Positions 8,720-19,040 are shown, counted from the first letter of the stretch. The stretch is DNA of 45,874 bases from SAR324 cluster bacterium (GCA_022573975.1 JACZSY010000003.1:1-45874); one strand, 5' to 3'. Notes: generated by a model from the sequence alone, not told the origin. Made by a program: numbers and translations.

Positions 8720-11287
8720 TTAGGACGGCTCCACCGATCCTTCCGGCCCCAGCGGTTTCAGAAAGATGATCAGTTGCGGCAACAGGGTCAGCGCGGTGAG
8801 CAGCGCGATGACCATGGCCAGGCCCGTGAGGAGCCCAAAGTAGATGCTGGGGATGAAGTTGGACAGCACCAGGATGGAAAAGCCGATGATGATGGTGATG
8901 GAAGTATAGTACATGGCGTAGCCGATGCTCAGGTGGCAGCGATGCATGGTGGCCAGGTAGTTGCGGTCCTTGGGAAATTCCTCCTTGAACCTGTGGATGT
9001 AGTGGATGGTGTTGTCCACGGCAATCCCGACGCTGATCGCCGCGATGGTGATGGTCATCAAATCGAGCGGGATTTTGGCCCAACCCATCAGTCCCAGCAC
9101 CACCCCGACGGAAAGGATATTGGGAAGAATGGCGATGAGGGAAATGGTCAGGGAACGGAACAGGATCAGAAACATCGCTATCAGCGCGAGGAGCACCACG
9201 CCCAGGGTCATGATTTGCGATTTAAAGAGACTTTGCAGCATGTTGTTGTAAAGCACCAGCAAACCGGCCACCTGGAACCGGTCTTCGGTCAACCCCATCT
9301 TTTCTTTCAGGTCTCTCTTGATCTTTTTCAGCAACTCGTTCCGCCGCAGGGCCGGGTCCGAATCGCGCACCAGGATCGAAAAGCGAACCTGATTGTTCTC
9401 CACGGAGACATAAGGATCGAGCACGATTTTCCGGTATTTTTCGGGCAGTTCGTTGTAGAGCAGGGCCAGGGCGAAGTTGTCCAGCGGGTCGCCATCGTTG
9501 AGGGATTTACCGACTTTGAGCATGGTGCCCAATGAGAGCACCTTGCCGGTTTCCGGCAGGTTGGCCAGATAGTCATGAATCTTTTCCACCTCTTCCATCT
9601 TTTCGGCGGTAAACCAGTATTGCGCCTGGCCCTTGGCCTCCTCGAACTCTTGTTCGAATGCATCGAACTCCTCGTCCTCCTCATCTTCCCCGTCCTCTCC
9701 CGTGTTGCCGGCCGGGGGCGCCTTCCGCCCGGGTTTCGGGCCGGGCTGTGTCTCCGTCTTCGGCTCCGTCTTCGGTTCCGTATTGAAGTTGAGCACCACG
9801 TCGAAAGGCGTGGTGCCTCCAAATTCCTGGTCGATCACCTTCATCCCCTGATAAATATCCGTATTTTCCTTGAAGTAATCGATGAAGCTGTTCTCAACCA
9901 TCAGCCGGGAGGCCCCGGCCACACAGACCACCAATACGATGCCGCTGACGACGAGAATGCTTTTTCCGTATTTCTCGGTCATGTTGGCCAGCACCTTGGT
10001 CAACCCGAAAAAGTTTTCGAAGGAAGTGTTGGGTGCGGCCTTGGGCAGCAGAACCAGCACCGTCGGGAAAACCAGGAACACCAGCACCAATGAAATGGCG
10101 ATTCCGGCGGACATCATCCAGCCGAAATTGATGACCGGCAAAATGCCGCTGAGGAGGAGCGAACTGAAGCCGGCAATGGTGGTGGTGACCATGAAAAGAC
10201 AGGGCTTGCCCATGAAGATCACAGTATCCTCGACCAGTTGCCGTTGATCGGCCTCGGGGTCGATTGTCACCAGTTCCCGGTAACGGACGATCAGGTGGAT
10301 GGTGAGCGCCATGGTGATGATGATTTGCAGGGAGATGAAATTGGAGGAAATGACCGTGACCTCCCAACCGAACATGCCCAACAATCCGCTGGTGGCCACC
10401 ACGGAGAACGCGCAGGTGACGAGGGGAAGAACAATCCAGCGGAATTGCCGGAAAATGATCCACAAGGTGATGATGAGAAAGAAGAAAACGCCCAGCCCGA
10501 AAACCAGCAGATCGTCTTTGATGAAGGTGATCAGGTCATCGGCGATCATGGTGACGCCGCCCAGGAACAGTTCGGCCTCGCCGCGGTAATTATCCATCAC
10601 GGCGCGAACGGCGAGAATCGTTTGATGTGCCTCGATCCGCACTCTGTCCCGATGTTTTTTGAACTCGGCGTGCAACCGGTCCAGTTCCCCTCGTTCCTCC
10701 GGGCTCAGCCCGCCCGCCCTTCTCTTTTCGCGCAACTGGTAGCGGCGGTCGATAAACTTCCGCCGGGCGGGGTCGTCGTCCAGGACGACCTGCAGCGCCG
10801 TGGTTTTGAAATCGCGGCTGACCAGCAGGTTTTTGTATATGGGACTGTTTCGAAATTCTTTTTCGGCCAGCGTCTTGTCTATTTGATGGGATTCAAGGGA
10901 GGGTACGTCCTTCAGCAGTTCCTTGAGCGGCTTGGGCGGGCTTTCCATCAAGGGCACGTCCAGGATGGAAACGATGGACGCCACCCCCTTGACGGCGATC
11001 AGCTCCTTCTTGAGGCGGCGTAGATTTTCCAGCGTTGAATCGGCGAGCAGGCCGTCGTTTTTCGGCGCATAGGTGATGACCAGGAAATCGGGGGTGCTGT
11101 AGCGCGCATTGATGACCCTGGTGATGCGAAGGTCCTCGTCGCCTTCCAGCATGAGGGTCTCCGCCGAGGCATCGACCTCCAGTTTGGTTGCCTGATACCC
11201 CAAAAACGCGATGGCGATGCAGATGAGGGTGAGAACGGTGCGGGGAAAGGCCAGCACATAATTCCGGTAGATGGATCTAAGCATCAC
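8720..11287 (-). CDS. MMPL-family (RND superfamily) exporter
   Basis: Two TM blocks each preceded by a large periplasmic loop; GIAVDNTIHYIHRF motif; 855 aa. Confidence 0.9.
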   Translation of the reverse strand: MMLRSIYRNYVLAFPRTVLTLICIAIAFLGYQATKLEVDASAETLMLEGDEDLRITRVINARYSTPDFLVITYAPKNDGLLADSTLENLRRLKKELIAVKGVASIVSILDVPLMESPPKPLKELLKDVPSLESHQIDKTLAEKEFRNSPIYKNLLVSRDFKTTALQVVLDDDPARRKFIDRRYQLREKRRAGGLSPEERGELDRLHAEFKKHRDRVRIEAHQTILAVRAVMDNYRGEAELFLGGVTMIADDLITFIKDDLLVFGLGVFFFLIITLWIIFRQFRWIVLPLVTCAFSVVATSGLLGMFGWEVTVISSNFISLQIIITMALTIHLIVRYRELVTIDPEADQRQLVEDTVIFMGKPCLFMVTTTIAGFSSLLLSGILPVINFGWMMSAGIAISLVLVFLVFPTVLVLLPKAAPNTSFENFFGLTKVLANMTEKYGKSILVVSGIVLVVCVAGASRLMVENSFIDYFKENTDIYQGMKVIDQEFGGTTPFDVVLNFNTEPKTEPKTETQPGPKPGRKAPPAGNTGEDGEDEEDEEFDAFEQEFEEAKGQAQYWFTAEKMEEVEKIHDYLANLPETGKVLSLGTMLKVGKSLNDGDPLDNFALALLYNELPEKYRKIVLDPYVSVENNQVRFSILVRDSDPALRRNELLKKIKRDLKEKMGLTEDRFQVAGLLVLYNNMLQSLFKSQIMTLGVVLLALIAMFLILFRSLTISLIAILPNILSVGVVLGLMGWAKIPLDLMTITIAAISVGIAVDNTIHYIHRFKEEFPKDRNYLATMHRCHLSIGYAMYYTSITIIIGFSILVLSNFIPSIYFGLLTGLAMVIALLTALTLLPQLIIFLKPLGPEGSVEPS

Positions 11288-11305
11288 GTCTGCCCGCGAT
11301 TGAAA

Positions 11306-11923
11306 CTATTTTTTAACGGAGGGAGTTATCAATCCCCCTGTTTCCCGCAATTTTTTGAGGACGTCCTCAATGGTTCCCTTTCTCAGCAGCCCATTGAACT
11401 GAGAACGGTAAGTCTGAACCACGCTGACGCCCAGTATGACGATGTCATACACCCTCCATCCCCTCCGCTTCGATTTCCAGAACTTGTACACCATGTCCTT
11501 CTTGTCGGTCTTGGAAACCAGGCGGGTCAGGACATGGATCCGCTTTTTAACCTGTGTCGCGTTCTCAATGACCACATTTTCATCGGTGTAGAGATCCAAT
11601 TTTTCCAGATAGGATTCCTGCAGCCGCTTGACGAAGAGAGCGAGAAATTCCTTTTTCTGGGCCCTGGTCATGTTGACCCAGTGCTTCCTGCCCAGGCTAT
11701 TCCTGGCCATCACTTTAAAGTCGAAGAGCGGGTTTACCACCTCGACAATCCGTTTGTTTCTTTCCTTTTTGTCCAGCGTTTTGTTTTTCAGAAGTTGGAT
11801 CACCGTGCCGATCTTTTCACTGGTGATTCTTAAAACCTCACTTTTTTCATCGGCCAGTACCGGGTGAACGGAAAAAATGGCGCAGATGGAAAAAATCGCC
11901 GCCACGATCAACGGTTTCATCAT
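11306..11923 (-). CDS. MlaC/Ttg2D (HpnM-like) periplasmic lipid-binding protein
   Basis: Signal peptide; FDFKVMARNSLGRKHW and WRVYDIVILGVSVVQTYRSQF motifs. Confidence 0.9.
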   Translation of the reverse strand: MMKPLIVAAIFSICAIFSVHPVLADEKSEVLRITSEKIGTVIQLLKNKTLDKKERNKRIVEVVNPLFDFKVMARNSLGRKHWVNMTRAQKKEFLALFVKRLQESYLEKLDLYTDENVVIENATQVKKRIHVLTRLVSKTDKKDMVYKFWKSKRRGWRVYDIVILGVSVVQTYRSQFNGLLRKGTIEDVLKKLRETGGLITPSVKK

Positions 11924-11926
11924 GAT

Positions 11927-12988
11927 TTACTCCAGTATCTTCTTCCTGCGGTTCTGTTCGTAGACATCCCTCAAAAATGGATAGAGGTCGATGGCGTCTT
12001 TTTTCAGGTTCTCATACTCCCCGATATGAAGGGAGGTGTCGTTGACTTTTTCAAATATTCGAACAGCCAACTCTTTCCGGGACGGATCGATAAATCGCTT
12101 GGGATCCAGGTAATAATCCGGAGCGAGGCTGAAAATGTCCCGCAGATTGGACGGCCCCAGGATGGGCAGGACAATATGGGGGCCGGCGCCCACCCCCCAA
12201 AATCCCAGCGTCTGTCCGAAGTCCTCTTCGTGGGCTTCCAGGCCGAACCATATCTTCGCCGGGTCCCACAACCCCAGCAGGCCAAGGGTCGAATTGATGC
12301 AAAAACGCAACAACTCTTCCCCCGCATTGAGGAATTTGGCCTGCAACACGTTGTTGATGAAGCGAACCGGGAAGAGCAGATTGCGCCAAAAATCGGCGAT
12401 CCTCCGCCGCCCGAATTCGGGCACGACGAAACGATATCCCCTGGCCGCGGGATCGAAGACATAAATGTAAAATCCATCGTTGAACGATGTGACGACGCGG
12501 TTGTAACCCTCGAAGGGATCGGAAATCGTGGCATCCAACGATTTTCCGAATTCCTCCTCGAACCCATCGAATTCATCGTCGTCATCGTCGTCATCGTCAT
12601 CCTTGGCGTCACCCCGGAGGTCCCTGTTTTTTTCGGGGGCGGCGGTTTTCTCCTCCGTTTGGGTTTTCCGCTCCGGCGGCCTTCCACCGGGGGCCGGGGC
12701 ATGCAAACCAACCAGTGTGATTCCGCTGTCCGGAGCGTTGGAAGCGTCATCGGGTCCGGTATCGCCGGCCCGGGCGGGAGGGGATACACGGCCAACGGCC
12801 GCAACAACCGCACCGGCCCCACCGCCCGCACCATCCGCGGCGATTGCACCGCCCGCACTGGCCGCACCGTCCCGGCAGGAGCCGTGGTTATTGGGATAGG
12901 GTCCAACAATCATGGCGGCCTGAAGTTCCGATCCCAATAAAAACCAGGGAATCAAAATACAGGTGACTACTCGAACGGCCTTTTTCAA
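11927..12988 (-). CDS. VacJ/MlaA-family protein with long disordered acidic N-terminal region
   Basis: DPFEGYNR, INSTLGLLG, EDFGQTLGFWGVGAGPHIVLPILGPSNLRD; probable TTG start at 12988 after AGGAAG. Confidence 0.88.
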   Translation of the reverse strand: MKKAVRVVTCILIPWFLLGSELQAAMIVGPYPNNHGSCRDGAASAGGAIAADGAGGGAGAVVAAVGRVSPPARAGDTGPDDASNAPDSGITLVGLHAPAPGGRPPERKTQTEEKTAAPEKNRDLRGDAKDDDDDDDDDEFDGFEEEFGKSLDATISDPFEGYNRVVTSFNDGFYIYVFDPAARGYRFVVPEFGRRRIADFWRNLLFPVRFINNVLQAKFLNAGEELLRFCINSTLGLLGLWDPAKIWFGLEAHEEDFGQTLGFWGVGAGPHIVLPILGPSNLRDIFSLAPDYYLDPKRFIDPSRKELAVRIFEKVNDTSLHIGEYENLKKDAIDLYPFLRDVYEQNRRKKILE

Positions 12989-13351
12989 ATCCACTTCCTG
13001 TTTCGTGGGAATTCGGATTCGCGCCTTTTTTCGCAGAGGCCGAACCTGCAATTTTGACCATCACGCCGCCCCATCGGTTCACAGCGGCCTGGAACGGCAG
13101 GACATGGAACCAAATGACATGGGACAGGAATATCCTGTTTTTACAAAAATTTCCAGGGTGGAAATTTCCAGAGCCCTTCACAACCCAGTGGCCGTCAGAT
13201 CGTTTTTACCGTTCATAAGCGTCCATAAGGAAGAATTCCAACTGCGCCCCGTCAGGAATCTGAACGCGCCCGCGGTGAATTCAACCTCCGCGTTTTCCCC
13301 CATCGACGTTTTTCCCATCCAGCGCCAACGCAAAAGCACCAGGGCCAGCGG

Positions 13352-15100
13352 TCATTTCGCCTTCCTGCCGCTGCCGGCGGCAGGGCGGATGCGGGCGTAG
13401 GCGCCCTCCACGAATCCCGCCAGCAAAAAGAAGGCCCAATGGGCATGGTAAGCGCCCAGCACCGGTGAAAAAAAGCCGATTGCCGCCACCAGCGCTCCGG
13501 AAAAGGCGAACAATCGCCAGCCGAGACTGGTCAATCCGGTGGTTCGGCCCGCGATGAACGCGGCATGGCCATACATGCGCCATGCGAACCAAATGGCCAG
13601 CAGCAATCCAAGGAAGCCATACCTGCGGAACAGATCCGACCAAAAGGGACGGTCCGGCGAGAATGGACTCAATTTGTTTTCCAGGGAAACATCCAGGCCC
13701 CACAGCGGCGAAAAGAACAACGTGTCCAGCATCGATCCGATCACGGTGCCGAATTTCAGGGGGTTGGGGTTGGGGGTTTTCACCGGGCGCGTTTCCGCCT
13801 GGAAAGCGCGCGCCCGCTGGGTCAGTATCGACAATCGGTTTTCACTGTCATATTCCAGCCCACGGAAATCGTCGTTGATCACGCGCTGTCCGGAATCGGA
13901 ATCCTGGCTCGGCCGGTAGGGGTCGCCCGCGAGGTTTTCCAGCCGCCAGAACAAAAAACCCTCGTGAAACCAGGCCGGCAGCCGGAGGGTCAGCGAGGCC
14001 GTGCCGGACTCGCCGGGAGCGAGCGACAAGGCGAGGGGCGCCCGGGCCAAAACATGATAACGGAGGGGGCCTTGTTGGGGCGCGACCAACACCCGGACGG
14101 CGATTTGATAGGGGAAATTTTCATTGTGGCCTATTTTCCGCCATCCGGTGTTGAGCAGTTCGAACGCCACGGTGATGCTTTTGCGGGAATAAAGGCGTTC
14201 GGGGATGGGTTGGGTCAGGGTCAGGCGGAAGGGAGCGCGGGCGGGGTCTTTGAGCAAAACCCGGTCGGTATATTCCGGAGCCAATCCATAAACGAATACC
14301 ATGGCCAGCAAAAATCCGAACACAGAACCGTTGGCCAGCAATCTCGCTCCGGGCTCACCGGAGGATTTCAAAAATCCACCCAACAAAACCAGGCCCAGGA
14401 ACACCACCGCCAGTTCCAGGGGGCCGCTTCCGGCGATGACCCCCAACCCGGCCAGAAGAACCATCACGATCAAAATCCACTTGCTCCAACCTTCCCTGTA
14501 TTCTTCGAGCGCCACCACCAAGGCCACCGCGATGGGAGGCGTCAGGAAAACCAGGAAGAGCAGGTATTGGAAGGATGAGTCGAACCCGGCGGTGAACTGA
14601 AACGGCCAGGGGCCTTCCGGCCCGCAGTTGAAAATTTCGCAACCGGGGCTCCAATAGAACCGCAGCAGCCATCCCAACCCTCCTATCGCCAGGGAGGCCC
14701 CGAGCACGATGGCGCATCCCCGGGCCAAGGGGTTGGCATCCAATCCGCCTTTGGCAAACCGGTACGCCGCGGCTCCCCAGATGAAATGAAGCCAGGTCAG
14801 CCCCATCACAACCGCCCCCATCGCCCACTGACCGCGCCAGGCCGCCAGGGCGGAGATGCATAACCCCAGCAACAGCCCGGGCAACAAGGCCGGAATCACC
14901 CGCAACCACCCCCCTTTCGCCAACAACAGCAGGGTCAATACCCCGCCCAGGGCCAGGGCCAAAGGGTAAACCGCTCCCGATTCCAACTTCAGCAGCGCCC
15001 AGGGCATGCAAAGGGCGATCACTCCCGCCCAAAAATACGAAGGCGCACGGAAAATCCGATCCAAACCCCTGCTTTTCCCTCGAAATGTTTCGCTTGCCAT
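13352..15100 (-). CDS. Polytopic membrane protein, possibly O-antigen-ligase-like, with an inserted Ig-like periplasmic domain
   Basis: About 9 N-terminal and 3 C-terminal TM segments; YGFLGLLL after the loop resembles Wzy_C; loop has ELLNTG...LAPGESGTASLTL. Confidence 0.5.
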   Translation of the reverse strand: MASETFRGKSRGLDRIFRAPSYFWAGVIALCMPWALLKLESGAVYPLALALGGVLTLLLLAKGGWLRVIPALLPGLLLGLCISALAAWRGQWAMGAVVMGLTWLHFIWGAAAYRFAKGGLDANPLARGCAIVLGASLAIGGLGWLLRFYWSPGCEIFNCGPEGPWPFQFTAGFDSSFQYLLFLVFLTPPIAVALVVALEEYREGWSKWILIVMVLLAGLGVIAGSGPLELAVVFLGLVLLGGFLKSSGEPGARLLANGSVFGFLLAMVFVYGLAPEYTDRVLLKDPARAPFRLTLTQPIPERLYSRKSITVAFELLNTGWRKIGHNENFPYQIAVRVLVAPQQGPLRYHVLARAPLALSLAPGESGTASLTLRLPAWFHEGFLFWRLENLAGDPYRPSQDSDSGQRVINDDFRGLEYDSENRLSILTQRARAFQAETRPVKTPNPNPLKFGTVIGSMLDTLFFSPLWGLDVSLENKLSPFSPDRPFWSDLFRRYGFLGLLLAIWFAWRMYGHAAFIAGRTTGLTSLGWRLFAFSGALVAAIGFFSPVLGAYHAHWAFFLLAGFVEGAYARIRPAAGSGRKAK

Positions 15101-15128
15101 GAAAAATGAGATTGGCTATAAAAAAAAG

Positions 15129-15157
15129 TTGCGGTAAAACCCGGTTGTTGATAGCTT
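15129..15157 (+). promoter_or_regulatory. Candidate sigma70 promoter upstream of str operon
   Basis: TTGCGG-17 bp-TAGCTT preceded by an A-tract. Confidence 0.4.
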
Positions 15158-15533
15158 AGTGGATTCAACCCGATGCATTCCGCCTAGTTTCATATCAGGG
15201 TGGCGCATGGATTCCAAGGGTTCAATCGGGCTTGAGATGGAACCGGAGCGGAAAGGCTTCCCACCGTTCTGTCAGGCAGGACGTGAGACCTTTCGAGGGG
15301 ATTCCTCAGGGAATCGGTACCCAAGGTGTTTTCCCTTGAGCACGCTAAAATGAAACGGATGGCCGGAATGCCTCCGATTTTCCGTGGTCGTCTGATGGCC
15401 TCCAGTTGTCCCTGGCTGCCGGGCGGGTTCGCGGTGCCTGTTGCGCTGGTTGCCACGGGCTGTGAGAGCGCCGTGTGGCGGAGGACCGCCATCGTCATGA
15501 CCAAAGGGAAAAGGGCGGCAAGCGCAAAAATGT

Positions 15534-15630
15534 TGAAACACGGTTTTTAATGAAACACGGTTTTTAATGAAACACCGATTTTAATGAAACACGGTTTTTA
15601 ATGAAACACGGTTTTTAATGAAACACCGAT
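15534..15630. repeat. 17-bp tandem repeat (TGAAACACGGTTTTTAA), 5 full copies plus a partial
   Basis: Units at 15534, 15551, 15568 (variant CCGA), 15585, 15602, 15619 (variant, partial). Confidence 0.95.
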
Positions 15631-15807
15631 GCCATGACCAGGCATGAAGGAACCGGACAAGGAATCGAACAGCGGCGCAACTCCCTGCCCAGCGGGAATC
15701 GAAGCACCGAAACCTGAAAGAATCGACCACAGCGGCACCCGGTTCCGACTGGAAATTTTTCCATTGGAATTCAACAGTGCCGACAGGCAGCTAAAAAGGC
15801 GCGAGAC

Positions 15808-16176
15808 ATGCCGACATTGAACCAGTTGGTCAGAAAAAAGCGGAAGGCCAAGCAGACCAAGGCCAAAACCCCCGCGCTGCAGGCCTGTCCCCAGAAAAGA
15901 GGGGTTTGCGTGAGGGTTTACACCACCACTCCCAAAAAACCCAATTCGGCCATCCGCAAGGTGGCGCGGGTGCGGCTCACCAACGGGATCGAGGTCAACA
16001 GCTACATTCCAGGCATCGGGCACAACCTGCAGGAGCACTCGGTGGTGTTGATCCGCGGCGGCCGGGTGAAGGATTTGCCCGGGGTGCGGTACCACATTGT
16101 CCGCGGCACCCTGGACACCGCGCCAACGGCCGACCGCAAACAAAGCCGTTCCAAATACGGCACCAAGCGCAGTTGA
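15808..16176 (+). CDS. rpsL: 30S ribosomal protein S12
   Basis: [28 protein letters not shown]. Confidence 0.99.
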   Translation: MPTLNQLVRKKRKAKQTKAKTPALQACPQKRGVCVRVYTTTPKKPNSAIRKVARVRLTNGIEVNSYIPGIGHNLQEHSVVLIRGGRVKDLPGVRYHIVRGTLDTAPTADRKQSRSKYGTKRS

Positions 16177-16222
16177 CACGGCGGTGATTGACACTGCGGC
16201 GATTAACACTGCGGCGATTGAC
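16173..16222. repeat. 15-bp tandem repeat starting at the rpsL stop codon
   Basis: TTGACACGGCGGTGA / TTGACACTGCGGCGA / TTAACACTGCGGCGA / TTGAC. Confidence 0.85.
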
Positions 16223-16295
16223 GGCCAAGCGATGAACAGCGAATTTTCCGGCAAGGCGACTGAGAGCGCAAGCGCATAAAGAGCACACGATTACC

Positions 16296-16769
16296 ATGTC
16301 CAGAAGAAGACCCGCGGAAATCCGCAAAATACTGCCCGACCCCCGGTTCAACGATTTGTTGATCGCGAAATTCTGCAACGTGCTGATGGAGGACGGCAAA
16401 AAAAGCGTGGCGCGCAAAATCCTCTACCGGGCGATGGAGGAAATCGGCGCCCGGGAAAAAGAGTTTCCGCCGCTGGAAATCGTCAAGTCGGCCGTGGATC
16501 ACGTCAAGCCCACCGTGGAGGTGAAATCCCGGCGGGTGGGCGGCTCCACCTACCAGGTGCCGGTGGAGGTTCGCCACCAAAGGCGGGCGGCCCTGGCCAT
16601 CCGTTGGATCATTCAACACGCCCAGGCCAGGAACGGGAAAACGATGGAATCCAAATTGGCCAACGAATTGCTGGACGCCTTCAACAATCGGGGGGGTGCC
16701 ATCCGCAAGAAGGAAGACGTTCACAGAATGGCCGATGCCAACAAGGCCTTCGCCCATTATCGCTGGTGA
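16296..16769 (+). CDS. rpsG: 30S ribosomal protein S7
   Basis: [25 protein letters not shown]. Confidence 0.99.
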   Translation: MSRRRPAEIRKILPDPRFNDLLIAKFCNVLMEDGKKSVARKILYRAMEEIGAREKEFPPLEIVKSAVDHVKPTVEVKSRRVGGSTYQVPVEVRHQRRAALAIRWIIQHAQARNGKTMESKLANELLDAFNNRGGAIRKKEDVHRMADANKAFAHYRW

Positions 16770-16871
16770 GAATTATTTTACCGAACCCTGAACCGGCCTG
16801 CCCTGAAATTTTTTTTCAATCCTGAAAGTTCACCAAACCCGATCGTCGCATATACTGGAGTTTAAGCGTCC

Positions 16872-18959
16872 GTGCCCAGACAACACCCTATCGACCATTA
16901 CCGGAACATCGGCATCATGGCCCACATCGATGCCGGCAAGACCACCACCACCGAACGTGTGCTGTTTTACACCGGGCGCAGCCACAAGATGGGAGAGGTG
17001 CATGAAGGCGCGGCCACCATGGACTGGATGGAACAAGAGCAGGAGCGGGGCATCACCATCACTTCGGCGGCCACCTTCTGCCAATGGGAGGTGGATGGCG
17101 AGGAGTATTTCATCAATATCATCGATACCCCCGGCCATGTGGATTTCACCATCGAGGTGGAACGTTCCTTGAGGGTGCTCGACGGCGTGATCGCCATATT
17201 CGATGCGGTCAACGGCGTGGAACCGCAGTCCGAGACCGTATGGCGTCAGGCGGACAAGTACAACGTGCCCCGCATGGGCTTCATCAACAAAATGGACCGG
17301 GTGGGCGCCGATTTCGACAAATCGGTCGAGAGCATGCGCGAGCGGCTCAAAGCCAAGCCGGTGGCCCTGCAAATTCCGATCGGGATCGAGGACAAATTCA
17401 AGGGCATGATCGACCTGGTGCGCATGAAAGGGATCGTTTTCCAGGAAGAAACCCTCGGGGCCAAGTTCGACGTGGGGGAAATTCCCGCGGAACTGCGCGA
17501 GGCGGCCGAACAGGCCAGGTTGAAAATGCTCGACCTCATCTCGGTGGTGGACGACGACCTGACCGAGAAAATCCTGGAAGGCCGGGAAATCGCCCCGGAG
17601 GATATCGAGCGGGCCATCCGCACCGGCACCATCGGCGGACATTTCGTACCGGTGCTGCTGGGTTCGGCCTTCAAGAACAAGGGCGTACAGCAGTTGCTGG
17701 ACGGCGTGGTGAAATACCTTCCCTCCCCCCTGGATGTCCCTCCGATCAAAGGCCTCTCCCCCGACGGCAAAACAACCATCGAACGCAAAACCAGCGACGA
17801 CGAGCCGTTTTCCGCCCTGAGCTTCAAGGTGATGAGCGACCCTTACGTGGGCCAGCTCACCTATTTCAGGGTGTATTCGGGGAAGATCGCCCAGGGCATG
17901 CAGGTCTTCAACCCGGCCAAGGGCAAAAAAGAGCGGGTGGGGCGCATCATGCGCATGCACGCCAACAAGCGCGAGGAGGTGAGCGAGGTGTACGCCGGGG
18001 ACATCGCCGCGGGCATCGGCCTCCACGCCAATACCGGCGACACCTTCTGCGACCCCAACCACATCATCGTGCTGGAAAAGATGGATTTTCCCGAACCGGT
18101 GATCGACATCGCCCTGGAGCCCAAAACCAAGGCCGACTACGAGAAAATGGGCACGGCCCTGCAGCGGCTTACCCAGGAAGACCCCTCGTTCCGGGTGCAT
18201 ACCGACGAGGAGACCAACCAGACCATCATTTCCGGCATGGGCGAGCTGCACCTGGAAATCATCGTGGACCGGTTGAGACGCGAGTTCAAGGTGTCCAGCA
18301 GCGTGGGCAAGCCCCAGGTGGCCTACCGCGAAACAGTCACCAGGCCCATTGAAGTCAACAACAAATATGTCAAGCAGACCGGAGGGCGCGGTCAATACGC
18401 CCATACGGTGATCAAGGTGGAACCCCTGGCTCCGGGTTCGGGGTTCGAGTTCGAAAACAAGATCGTGGGGGGCAATATTCCCAGGGAATACATCCCCGCG
18501 GTGGAAAAGGGATTGCGCGAGGCGTTGTCTTCGGGGGTGATGGCCGGATATCCCGTGGTGGACTTGCGGGTGACCCTGGAAGATGGGTCCTACCACGATG
18601 TGGATTCTTCGGAAATCGCCTTTAAGATTTGCGCCTCCATGGCCCTCAAGGACGCCATGCGCAGGGGCAGGCCGGTTTTGCTGGAGCCGTTCATGAAGGT
18701 CGAAGTGGTCGTTCCCACCGATTACATGGGAGAGGTGATGGGCGATCTCAACTCGCGCCGCGGCCACATCAAGGGCATGGAGGAACGCTCGGGTGCCCAG
18801 GTGATCGGGGCCGATGTGCCCCTGGGGGAAATGTTCGGTTATTCCACCGTGCTGCGCTCCATGTCCCAGGGCCGCGCGACCTTTACCATGCAGTTTTCAC
18901 ATTATGAAAAAGTGCCCGGTTCGGTTTCGGATGAACTGTTGGCCCGAAAAGCGGGATGA
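16872..18959 (+). CDS. fusA: Elongation factor G
   Basis: [27 protein letters not shown]; GTG start. Confidence 0.99.
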   Translation: MPRQHPIDHYRNIGIMAHIDAGKTTTTERVLFYTGRSHKMGEVHEGAATMDWMEQEQERGITITSAATFCQWEVDGEEYFINIIDTPGHVDFTIEVERSLRVLDGVIAIFDAVNGVEPQSETVWRQADKYNVPRMGFINKMDRVGADFDKSVESMRERLKAKPVALQIPIGIEDKFKGMIDLVRMKGIVFQEETLGAKFDVGEIPAELREAAEQARLKMLDLISVVDDDLTEKILEGREIAPEDIERAIRTGTIGGHFVPVLLGSAFKNKGVQQLLDGVVKYLPSPLDVPPIKGLSPDGKTTIERKTSDDEPFSALSFKVMSDPYVGQLTYFRVYSGKIAQGMQVFNPAKGKKERVGRIMRMHANKREEVSEVYAGDIAAGIGLHANTGDTFCDPNHIIVLEKMDFPEPVIDIALEPKTKADYEKMGTALQRLTQEDPSFRVHTDEETNQTIISGMGELHLEIIVDRLRREFKVSSSVGKPQVAYRETVTRPIEVNNKYVKQTGGRGQYAHTVIKVEPLAPGSGFEFENKIVGGNIPREYIPAVEKGLREALSSGVMAGYPVVDLRVTLEDGSYHDVDSSEIAFKICASMALKDAMRRGRPVLLEPFMKVEVVVPTDYMGEVMGDLNSRRGHIKGMEERSGAQVIGADVPLGEMFGYSTVLRSMSQGRATFTMQFSHYEKVPGSVSDELLARKAG

Positions 18960-19040
18960 TATTTCGCCAGGAGCACCCGGAAGGTCATCGTGCATCGAAG
19001 CGAAGATGCGCACCACGCACAAACACAGGAGAAGGGTAAG

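Noticed and set aside
15160-15345. 6S RNA, SRP RNA or tRNA-Sec
   Set aside because: CCAAGGGTTCAA resembles a 6S segment, but the expected motif order and gene context are missing, and no SRP loop or tRNA cloverleaf was found; kept only as an unassigned candidate
15534-15630. CRISPR array
   Set aside because: Units are contiguous 17-mers with no unique spacers, and no cas genes are present; the same applies to 33378-33465 and 39964-40032
15808-16176. Streptomycin-resistance allele of rpsL
   Set aside because: PKKPNSA and RVKDLPG motifs are wild-type
16830-18767. Long antisense/alternate-frame ORFs (e.g. 645 aa opposite fusA, 535 aa at 25896-27503, 484 aa at 2798-4252)
   Set aside because: Shadow ORFs expected from high-GC codon bias opposite well-supported genes; no recognisable motifs
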